A stretch of DNA of 53,610 bases, from positions 316,757 to 370,366 of the forward strand of contig RHPI01001616.1 of NCBI GenBank assembly GCA_009103225.1, read 5' to 3'. Below are positions 22,564 through 33,767 of this stretch, one piece after another. A program made the translations under genes and the position numbers. The DNA is from Chlorokybus atmophyticus. Lineage: Eukaryota; Plantae; Mesostigma and Chlorokybus algae. Positions within the stretch are counted from its first letter, which is position 1, and the number at the start of each line of letters is the position of its first letter. The notes under the pieces were generated by a model. The model did not search any database and had not been told where the DNA came from. It saw only the letters and a program-made list of their open reading frames with translations.

Positions 22564-25500
22564 ATGCGCGGCCTCAAACTTGTGCAGCGGCCTTTAATTC
22601 GGAACTTGTCTTTTTCTTGGGGAAGTCTTCTTCCTGCTGTTGCGTCACACCAGGCGGCAGACGACAAGGAGGAGGCGGCGGCGGCGGCGGCCGAGAAGGA
22701 GGAGGAGGGGGAAGAGGAGGAACAGGGGGAGAAGGAGATGGAGATGGAGAACGGGCGCGCTGCGCCGGCAGGGGCTGAGAGGAAGAAGGTGGTGATCGTG
22801 GGAGGCGGGCCGTGCGGGTTGCTGTTGGCGGCCTATTTGCTGCAGAGGGGGGAGCAGGTTGGTGTGCGCTCATGTGTGTGTATGTGTGCGCGTGTGTATG
22901 TATGTTCTCGTGCGTGCGTGTGCTGGTGAAATGTGCCAGCAAACGATGTCTTGCTGATGGGACTTGATTGGACTTGTGTGCAGTATGAGGTGGAGGTGTT
23001 TGAGGGAAGGAGGGACCCAAGGGACCTCAATAAGGTGTGTGCGCTGCAACTGATTACAGCGATTGATGAGTCTGACCTAGATCAGCCAGATTCAGATGTC
23101 AAGTATGTGTTTCTTTACTGCGGACATCAGGCATGAACTCGCAAGTGTATGCCTGACGTTTGCTGTGACATGTGCACAACACAGTGAGCAGCAAGACCCA
23201 CAGTAAGAAGCCTCGCATGCATGCAAGCCTCAACTAGTTTCCTCGCAGTCATGCGTGACATCTACAGACTTACGCACGTGCGTGCATGCACATAGACACA
23301 CTCTTACGCGGGTGCATGCACACTCGTGCACGGGCGCAAAAAGTAAGAAGCCTCGCCTCATACCAGAACGTGTCCTACTCACCACAATGCACTTGAGCCA
23401 ACTACAGTTTCACACGGTTTCTCGTGCCTAATTTGTTTGCCTCTCTCCAACAGAACGGCGACTTTGCCGGCTTCTGGCCATACGACTCCCGCGGGTAAGC
23501 ACACAATCAACAACAACAACCAACCTCACAGACGACTCGCGCCCACGCACATGCATGCGTAGCTATGCATATCTGTGCACACACGCACACCCACACACAC
23601 ACACACACCGCGTTGGGGTCTCATCAACTCCCGTGCTCGCACGTATCACGCAAGTCTTCACTCTCTCTCCCCTCCCCACACGCAGTTTCCTGATCCTCCT
23701 CTCCCTCCGCGCCCGCGTCGCCCTCTCCCCCCTCCCCGGCCTCGCCGACCTCATCACCCGCAGGGGCACGCCCATGAACAGGAGCGTGAGATACGACGGG
23801 AGAGGGGGAGGGCTGATGGGGTGGATCATGGGGTGGATGATGCCCAGAGACAGGTGGGAGGTGCTATTATACTATTCTATACTATACATCATGTCCTCCT
23901 GCTGCACTATGCCTCACACTCTATAGCAGTCGGTGGCCTAATCAGAGTCGTGTCGCGTTATATCCATCATCATCGTTGCATTCTCCAACACCACACTCAC
24001 ACTCACACCCAACAACAGGAAGATGCCTACTGCCGCCAACCTCATCTCCCACGCCTCCCTGTCGAGTGCTATACTGGACCACATACGAGTCACATATGGG
24101 GAGAAGGGTGGCAGGTTTGATGCTAACTTTAATGCGCGGTGCGTTGGGGTCGATGCAAAGGAACACGTTGCTACGATTGATGTGACGGTGAGAGGTGTGC
24201 GTGCGAGTGTCCGCACATGTGTGTATGAACCAGCATGCGTGCATGCTGGTGTGCTCGCGCATGCGAGTGTGAGTGTGGCACACTGCATGTATGCATGAGC
24301 AACAACTTGAGCCCTCCCAATGCTCAGCTTGCTCAAACCCAACATATCATATTCTGGATCACAGGGTGAAGACGGGTCCGTTACCACCCGCTCCGTGCGT
24401 TACGACCTCCTCGTTGGCTGCGACGGTGCACGCTCTGCTGTTCGAAGATGCGTATTGGAAAAGCAACCAGGTGGGCAATTTTGATGTTGAGGCTGGCACG
24501 TTATGTAAGCACACACACAAGTGAAACTGTGCCGGCGTGGGCTTGGGCGTGCGCGCATATACACATACACACGCTCGCGCGCGCGCGTGCGTATGTGTAT
24601 ATGTCCGCCTGTGCTTGCGCACACACACGCACACCAATTCACAGTACGTGCACAGCTGATACCGGTGCATCACACACACAAGTCCCCACATTATGCAGAC
24701 TTTGAGTGCGAGGTGAAGCCGATGGAGCGTCACTGGTACGCCTTCACATTACCTAAGTTGAATATGCCGGAGGGCGCGAGGGACGAGGGCACGATGAGCA
24801 TCTGGATGGGCGACACGGGACGGCACCGCAAGGTCCAGATCATGGCGCAGCCGATGAGGGGGAACGAGGCCAGGCTGCTGCTAGTCAGTGAGTGGAGCGT
24901 GTGCGTGTGCGTGTGCGTGTGAGTGTGCACGAGTGCGTGTGTATGTGTGTTGGCGTGTGCGTACTCCCGCGTGTACCCGTGTGTGTTCGCGTGTGCGCGC
25001 ATGTGTGTGTCACACGCTGCATCTGCCATGCCACTCATCACCTATCACCCTGCAGAGACGTCCTCTCAACCACATATTCCCCCTTGCTTTCTGACACAGA
25101 CCCAGTCCACACTGTGTCACGCAGGCAACACGAACCCGTGTACGATGACCGATTCAGGCGCGTTGGAGTCCGCATCAGCTCTGAAACACTTCCTCAAAGA
25201 AGAGTTCCCCGATTTTGACGGCCGCGTGCCCGATTCAGAGCTCGAACATATAGTCAAACAGAACCCTGGCAAGGCGCTCAAAGTGAGGTGCAACTATTAC
25301 CATGATGTGGAGGCAAAAACACTCATCATGGGGGATGCGGCACACGCGGTGTTCCCGAGCGCGGGACAAGGAGCCAACGGCGCCATGTTGGATGTGAAGG
25401 CGTTCAATGAGGTTCTGGATGAGGTGGGGGATGACCTGGACAAAGCGCTGCCGATGTTCTCTCAACGACAGGTGATTGTCCTGATGGCATGCACACATGT

Positions 25501-26054
25501 GCACACCTGCACGCACACATACTTGCGCATGCGTGTTTGCGCGTGTGCATGCATGCGTGCATGTGTCTGCATACACACGTTTGCGCACATACGCTGCATA
25601 CGCTGCATGCACGCATTTGCGCACATACGCTCACACATGCCGCCCGCACGCACTCTCTTGCAAAGGCACACATGTTGGCACACGCTTAGGCACACACATG
25701 CGCTCGCGCACACGCGCACACACATCGGTTCAACCACAGTTGCGCAGGCACCCACTCAAGTAGCCACTCATGCATTCACGCGCTCACCCACTCACTCCAC
25801 CACATACTCACCATCTACTCACCCTTCAACACCTACAGGTGCCAGAGGGCCGAGCTATGTGGCATCTCTCCCCGTCCGAGTTGTTTCCTGGCAATGTTCT
25901 TCGCACATGCCGTCTGCTTCTCATCAGACGGCTGAGAGGGATATTGAGTCCATACTTCCCGTCTCTCATCTGGCCGGAAGAGCGCATGATGTTGGCGGCC
26001 ACGCTGACACCTTACGCGAAGATAGTCGAGGTGTATGGCCCCATGGATTGGTAG
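22564..26054 (+). CDS. FAD-dependent monooxygenase (FAD_binding_3 class A), kynurenine 3-monooxygenase-like; 9 exons; start codon uncertain
   Basis: Exons 22564-22857, 22984-23034, 23454-23494, 23686-23853, 24019-24187, 24365-24470, 24699-24887, 25125-25471 and 25839-26054; phases are consistent. All three flavoprotein fingerprints are present: VVIVGGGPCG..., YDLLVGCDGARSAVR and LIMGDAAHAVFPSAGQGANGAMLD. Confidence 0.85.
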
Positions 26055-26967
26055 TGTGTTGGGGTTCTGGTGATGTACAGAGCATAGTAACGTTGTGTAA
26101 CACAACTTGTGTTCAATGTTGGTTTATTAAAAGTTGAGTTACTATTGGAAGAGTGGAGAGTGGAGTGAAGGGAAATGGTAGTATGCAATTGGAGCGCAAG
26201 TCCTGTGAGATAGCACGAAGCATGCTATCTCTTGTACATTGTGATCAGGTTGGTCGGTTTCAACCTACCATGGCAAGCCTGTGAGTGCTGCCCAGTTGCT
26301 TGCCCACAAGAAAGAAAGAAACCTGAAACAAAAAACAATATCACGCCTAAACCAGTTGATTTGGCTGTGCGTAACATCTGCTCTGGCAGCACAAAACGGC
26401 ACATGCTGACAACATTCCCAATGATGCTTTGCACACTCACGCAAAGCAACCCCAATGCATCCTTCAGGCACACTACATCAAGAAGTCTGCGTCTTTGTTG
26501 TTGTCTTTGTCAAGGTTGCTGTGTTTACGTTCAGGACGTCCATAAGGGAGCCGACTTCCAATCGCTACTGACTGTTAGAACCACACGTGTGTTGCTTGCA
26601 CAGCGATAGCTCGGCGCTGTTGTTGGGCCAATGTGTCGTTTGCGCACAGCTTCAAGCCCAACTCAGTGGGGAATGTGCCTTATGCACCAGAAATAAGGCA
26701 ACTAAGCCTCTTTCTGCACTGCACCGCTTGCCCAGAGCCAATGCGCTTGTTCCATATAAGTGCCACGTCGTTGCATCAAATTGGCAGCCAAGGTAACTGC
26801 GTCACTGCAACATTATTTGGCCTGCAATGCGCCATTTGTTCAGCCAATGATCACACTCAGGCAATATTTAAAAAGTTGCAGCACTTTCTGTACCTTGATG
26901 ACATTGTGTGATTGCCTATTCGTGCAGCGCCGGATCCGTGTAGGGCCAAAAGCACTATGTGATGCTT

Positions 26968-29900
26968 TTACTTGGTGCTCTGCTCCAGCTCGTCTTTGAG
27001 AACATCAACAATGTGTTCAATGCGCTTCTTCTTGAGCACCTTCTGCGGCGAGCCAGCCTTGCGGGAGAACAACTTGTCACCGGTCTTGATCTCCTTGAAC
27101 TTGTCTAGAATTGTGATCAGAAGTTCCACGTTTAGAGCTGGGAAGACTGTGCTCCTGACGGTGCTGTCGATGATCTGTTCGGGCTGATTGGACAGCAGCA
27201 AGTCTGCCAGCTGGCGCGGGACTTGCAATCGCTGCTTCAGACCTTTCAGCTCGGTGATGTGCACAAGCCCGCTGCGCTTGAACTGCTCTTCGGCAAAAGC
27301 TTCCAACTTCGCCAAGGAAAGGTGCATGCCTGCAAGGCAGACACGCATACACACACCATTGTTGGCAAGCTGAGTAAGTTACGCATACAACTGGCACAGC
27401 TGGCCTCTCAATGACGTTTTCACCTGTTGTGCTTATTACTTGTTTTTCAGCTGTTTGTTTTTAACATGGGTTGTTGTATTTGTTACAAAAGGCAGGCCGC
27501 TGTACCAATTTAAACCAGAAACTTGGGATGTAAGACCATGTCGCATATGATTGCACATTGTCAGAGCTAGCTGGGGGCAGCAGCGCTGTACCTGCAATGC
27601 CATGCAGGTTGAACTTCTTCGTATGCTCAGCTTGCAGCTCATCAATGAGCACTTTGGCGACATGTTGGATAGAGTCCACATGCAGCATCTCGCATGCCTG
27701 CGGCGGGAGAATGGCGGCGCCCTCATCCAACACGCCAGTGAGGAACTCCAACAGGGTGTTGATGTATGCGGCTGCCTCTTCGGGCGCGGCCTTCGGACAC
27801 CAATCAAGACCAGGCATAATGATCTCTTCTATCCTGTTCTCCACAAGCTCAAGCACTTCTTCCATGGCCTTGAACTGCGTGTCTGCAAAAGCAGCTTGCG
27901 CCGCAAGGCCTGTACACATGTGCCATCGTTACATACCAAACTGGCGCTCACCAACACACGCAGCAACAGCGTGCTTGCAACCCTTAACATATGTGTGCCT
28001 TTATTACAACAAAATGCTGGTTGTCATATGCAGCGCATGACCAAGGCAAGGCAGCCATGCATCTTGCAAGCAACGCTGAATCCTTCGGTCAGTGCCTTGT
28101 CCGGAGTTACTGTGGCCGTAGCTGTGTCTTCTGGATATGCGCAGCGTGCGATCAACATAGCCAAGGAGGGTGTCGCAGGCTTTCTCAAGTGCAGCAGCGT
28201 TAGCCGCAATGACCAAAGCTAAATTTAGCTTCACCGGCTTCATTTCCAACACCGCTCTAAGGCAACCGTTTGCGACCGAAGCCAAGAGCCCGTCCAGCTG
28301 CTTCAGCACAATGTCATGCGCATCCCACGGCGCCAGCTGTTCAACAAAACTGGTTGCGTCACGCGCGAAGGACTTGGCTATGCGGCACACTTCTGGCACG
28401 AAGCGCGAAAACGGGCATCTGTAAGGCAACTCATGGTCGCCGGATAGCAATGGCCCCAAGCCAAAGGGTAGCAGTGTTGCCTTGTAGTAACGCATCTTGT
28501 CTATCACCATGCGCTCCCACTGTTCTTCCGCTGCAATCTGCTTTATCTGCCGCCTTGTGTCGTTCAACAGCAACTGTTGGTACCGCTCCCGAGGCACTTC
28601 CAACTCATCCAGCACGATGCTTATGTTGTAGCCATACCTGGACACAACCGCATTGCGTCACGCAATGCAAACACGCAACATCAGCAATGTGCAGCAAGCC
28701 GCCCGACCAGAGACTTACCCGCCAAGAGTTGTGCAAAGCAAGGTCAAAAAGTCTTTGACCAGCAGCATTGGAGCTGCTGCTTGCATCTTGACAAACTGTT
28801 CTCGCAACAAGACTGCCATCTTGGTGGCAGCAATTTCCCACAAAGCATCCACTTGCGCGCTTGTCACCAAGCCTTGCGTTGTGCGCTGTATCCTGTCCTC
28901 CACAACAAAAAAGCCAGCAATCTGCACAAGACATCACTTTAGTCACTCTCAGAACCAGATTACAATGTAGTTGTTCAAATGATGCACGTCAAGCCGACCT
29001 GGCAAAAATAGTTTTGGTATGTTTCCAAAAATGGCTGCCCGGCGGCGTATTGAAGGTCGGATAGCAGCTGAAGCTTGCGGTTCTCGTAGTAGCTTTGCTG
29101 AAAGCTGTCAAACTGATTGAGGCAATGGTAGAGGTGCACGCATCTGTACAAAGACGCGAGTTCCATGCGCCGCGCCTTGGCATCCTCCTGCCTGTCTTCC
29201 ACGACTCCAACCTCCAGATTGTGTCGGGACTGCGCCATCAGAGCGATGTCTGTTCTGCTACCACCCTGCAGAACCTCCTGTCGCGCACGCGCATCATCCT
29301 CATGCTGCCTCTGCGCCGCCGCCCGGCTTATGGCCTGCCTGCCAAGATCACGACAGGCGCTGCGGATCTTAACCATCCAGTCGCTGAACTCGCGCGCAAC
29401 ACGCCGCTCAACCTGCCAAAGCATCAACACCGCTTAATCTGTTGATACTCCCTAGCAGGCATACATACTTCTGCTGCACAATGCAATACAACGCTACAAG
29501 ATGCATGACCACACCATGCGCGCACGCTCTCACACAAGCATGCATTTCAAACTGCTCACCTGTGCACGCAAACACACGTGGCCTTAGAGCTATGATATGC
29601 GCATGAATGCATGACGACACCACGCGCGCACACGCACTTGCACACGCAACCACCCACGCATGCACACAAACAACACTGAAGACTGTGTGTGCAAAGGAAA
29701 GAATTTACCGACAAGACCTAGACACTGCCGCGCATGACGACGTCATGCGCGCGCACGTACGCGCGCACACGAATGTACACAATTACGCACGTACATGCAA
29801 ACACACACCTGAGATCGTAGTTCTGGTATGCGTACGCGCAGGTAGTTGGCAAGCACCGGTGATGGAATGGTCTGCAGGTGTTCGCTCTCCATCACGTCGA

Positions 29901-31087
29901 GAGTTTTCAGCACAGGGTAATAGTTGTCACGCAGCAAGTGGGCATTGACTTTGTCACACAACTCAATGACTATCTTGCATTTCGCGACAGCTTCGGCGGC
30001 CGCGGTGATGTTACGCCTGATGTTGTGATACTCCAACAACTGATCCAGATGCCCCAACAAGTCCGCCCCAGCATCTTGCAAGGCATTGTTGTGCCCAAGA
30101 ATGCGTGTTCGCAACGACCGTGCATCCTGTAAGCAGTAGATAATGTGTTGACGGTCGAACATAATAGAAAAGCGCCTGTTTTCGCCAACATAATAATCCG
30201 TGCTTGCATGTAAGCTGATCTGTTCTCTTGTCATCGCATGCAACAGCATACAAATTGTGTGTGCTCACACTTACACCACCCAACGATGCTGTAAGCGCAT
30301 GCAACTTGTGATATGCATAGAGTTGTGAGAGCGTGGAACTGCTGCTGAGCAGAGCACATAAGCAATGTCATCCAAGTTTGCTGCTGGATGCTGACCTGTT
30401 TTACTGACTGCAAGTCGTCCACAGAATGTATGAACTCCTCATAGTGGTTGTGGCACAGCTGCTCGATCTCTTTGGTCTTTGAGGCAATGAATGCCTTAAC
30501 GGTTTCAAGTAACACAGGTGCTTTGCCCAGCTCAAAACCGGACCTCACCAACGCCGTCAAATCGTTGCTGTTCGCTAAAGCCGCCGACAAAGCATCCGCA
30601 TCGACTTGAGATTCACTGCACACACGCACACGCACATAGCATATTGGTAGCAGCCTGATGCTTAAACAAGCTTGCATAGCATGCGGGCATTGTAAAACAA
30701 CGCACACACACATGCGAGCAACCTGATCCGTTCACAAGCTGTGCATGACATGCGAGCCTCATATGACAAGCATGAGACTGTGCTAGCCATGCAAGCTGGT
30801 TTAAGCTGCGTTGCATGTGTGAGCAGGGGAAAAAGGCCAAGCAAGGGAAAGGCAGCAAACACAGCTTACTGAATGCTTTGGCCGGAGGGGCCTGCTTGAG
30901 TGCCATTTGCAGTGGCGGCAGATCCGGCGACGAACGATCCGGATCTGGAGGGCGGCCTAGACGACGTTGCCGACGACGGCACAGACAGCTCCGCCACAGA
31001 CGACACCCTAGAGGGCGTCCTGGACGGCGCCCTGGAAGCCGTGTTGAAGCTGGACGACCGGGACGCCATCGGCCGCCGCCGCCGCAC
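26968..31087 (-). CDS. SEC15: Exocyst complex subunit Sec15 (EXOC6); 8 exons
   Basis: Exons 31087-30870, 30615-30396, 30126-29809, 29412-28999, 28921-28719, 28637-28111, 27909-27592 and 27329-26968; phases are consistent, though the exon 6 donor could be a GC at 28095 instead. Sec15 signatures: KEIEQLCHNHYEEFIHSVDDL, NYYPVLKTLD, REFSDWMVKIR, YYENRKLQL, YFCQIAGFFVVEDRI, PFSRFVPEVC, KKFNLHGI, PRQLADLL. Confidence 0.93.
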
Positions 31088-31400
31088 TTAGCATAAAATC
31101 AAAAAACCCCGTCATTCAAGGCTCCTCCTCCTCCTCCAGCTGGCGAACAAGCCAATGTCCATCGCCGCCCACACCTTCAGCGATGCCGCCAACAACTTTG
31201 AACATGCCGACACCTAGTTCACACGCCTCAGTTACAGCAAACGACAGCTACCAACCTAGAATACGCGTCCATTTAACCTCGTTGAAAGCTCTTTTGGCAG
31301 CGACATCCGTTACAGAGCTTGGTTACATAGATGGTAAGATGTCACTGTAACAGTGTTCAAAGCTTTGGGGTTTGGTTTGAGACAAGGTGCATGCTGGCTG
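31088..31400. promoter_or_regulatory. Divergent (head-to-head) promoter region between SEC15 and the thioesterase
   Basis: About 310 bp separate two oppositely oriented start codons. Confidence 0.6.
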
Positions 31401-32964
31401 ATGCTTAGGCGGGCGGTGGCGGTGGCGGCGGTGGGCGGGTGTAGGAGCTCGTTGGCGACCACCGCCGTCGCCAGGGGTTTCTGCTCAATGGCTACCGCCG
31501 CAGTGATCTGGCTCCACGGACTTGGCGACACTGGAGCAGGTAAGTATGGTTGCTGCACAGCGCTTCGCCATACGCACAGCATGCACAGCACCTGCAAGCA
31601 TTTGGGCCGCATGCGTTAGTCAGTTTTCAGCTGGTATTGAATTGTTGTTGCAATATTGATGCCCACTGCTTTGCTGTTGTTACAGGCTGGTCTCACGTGT
31701 CCGGCGAGCTGGGGAGCGGCTTGGAGCATGTCAAGTGGATCTTCCCGACCGCCAACGTCAGCCCCGTCACTTGCAACAGTGAGTTATGCTTCCGCTGTCC
31801 ACTCTCACAGTCAAGCTACGTCTTCATCTGCATGCAGCAGCAGTAGAGCAGTGCTGAGTTGCACTGCTGCTAACCTGGTGTGGTTGGTGCGCAGATGGTT
31901 ACCCAATGCCTTCGTGGTTTGACATTCTCGAGATACCTCTCACACCGGTACGTTTACGCACAGTGGTATAAGTGTATGCATGGTGCAGCTGTGACGTCAC
32001 ATGAGTACGCCACAAGTGTGCAAGAATGCACGTACATGCAATAGTGGACACCCCAACAATGACTTAGGCATGACTCCAGACTACGCCAGCAGATCCGACA
32101 AGCACGCTCGCAGCAGTGAAACAGGTCCACGAGTACATACGTGAGCAAGAAGCTGCTGGCATTGCGGCGGGTCGCATTGTAGTTGGAGGATTCAGTCAAG
32201 GAGGTGACTCAAATGAGTGCTTGCATGCTAGCAAACAAGCACTAAGATTGCATAAGCCATCACTGAACGTAACTCTATGCAGACAATTGCGTCATGGTTA
32301 CTAGGGTGCAGTTGCATCCAACACATTCACATGGTGCACCATTAAACTTATATGGAGTGCATGTAAAACTTCAGGGGCCCTGGCTCTGCTGTCCACTGCG
32401 CAGTACCCAAAGCAACTGGCGGGCACAGCGGTGTTCAGTGGGTGGGTTGCCATGAAGGAGGTGCTGACGGACGCTACTGCTGCCGCTAAGGAGGTGCAAT
32501 GTTTTATCTTGCAGCAGCTGATAAGCGATTACCCGAACTACGATGTCGTGCATGCATACTGTGCGTTTTTTGATAGATTCTTGCGAGCGCGCGTGTGCGT
32601 GCGTGTAAGCGCGGGATGTGTCTCTGTGTGCGCATGCGTGTGTAAGCGCATGGTTACCTTGCCACTGACAAGGTATGTTCTCCTCATCTCTATCGCAGAC
32701 GCCAGTCCTTTGGTGCCATGGGACAGCGGACCCGGTAGTGCTGCACAGCTGCAGTATTGTTGGCAAGAAGCAGCTGGATGATGCGGGATTCCAATCGGTG
32801 CACAAGGTGACGGCCATGGCATACATGTTGTTGTCTCAAGCTTTAGATTTCCTGTCGATGACAACCGGCTTTATGCGCAGGATTACCGAGGGATGCAGCA
32901 CAGTGCCTGCCCCGAAGAGATGGAGCAGTTGAAGCACTGGTTGCTGGCTCGTCTACCAAAGTAG
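31401..32964 (+). CDS. Acyl-protein thioesterase / lysophospholipase-like carboxylesterase (APT1/LYPLA family); 7 exons
   Basis: Exons 31401-31539, 31686-31778, 31895-31947, 32080-32203, 32375-32493, 32699-32806 and 32881-32964; phases are consistent. Motifs: VIWLHGLGDTG, KWIFPTA, MPSWFDI, GGFSQGG (Ser), HGTADPVV (Asp), GMQHS (His). A second in-frame ATG lies at 31488. Confidence 0.94.
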
Positions 32965-33767
32965 ACGCCTGTGAGTCTATCATGTTGGCCTCAAGATGTG
33001 GTGTTGATGCACTCCATATGCTACATGCAGATCTTCCAGTGCAGCATCCTGCGATGCGTGCAAGCTTGTTACGTGACAAATGTGTTAGCGGCATGGCATG
33101 ATTGTGCCTGTTGGTAATGTACCAGATTTACCACATGACTGCCTTGCACGCACATAGGTCCCCAGCCCCATAGCTAGCTAGCTTTCTAGTTGTGCCTTAT
33201 TGCCGTGGTTTATATTGGCTCTGTGCTTGAGTGCTTGCTTGTGCTTGTTTGCATCTTTGCTTGTGGCGCCTGTGTTATACCCTATGACTAGTATTTTCAA
33301 GCATGCTTATAAGCTGATGATGGGCTGCCTATGAACAGTACAAGTAGTTGTCAAATGGCATCTGAGAAACCGGACTTCTAACCTCGCTTAATGCATAATA
33401 CTGCAGCCATTCAGATGCACTCAGTCAATCGCCCAGCATTGCCTCAAGATTGAAGAGAACGCTGTATGTGGAGGTCACAACACACAACTGGTTGGGTGGA
33501 CACGGGCAACAACAGTGTGGTCCAACATTAGCGACTGCAACAGGTGTCAACACAGACCCCCACATATGTCAACAACCAGAAATCTGCAAGCACATACACA
33601 AATCCCCATTGCATCTTTTCTACAGTAACTTTGCACTAACAACTTCAGAGCATGCCATGCACACTAGTGCAGCAACAGCCTCAAAATATACGCTACCAAC
33701 TAATTGCATATACACAACGCACGGTAGTGCAAGTACACGACTTCAGTAGATGTACGCAGCCACCACG

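Noticed and set aside
24923-26137. 404-aa ORF, the longest in the track
   Set aside because: One real monooxygenase exon (25125-25471) plus read-through of CA-rich introns; the last exon is in another frame.
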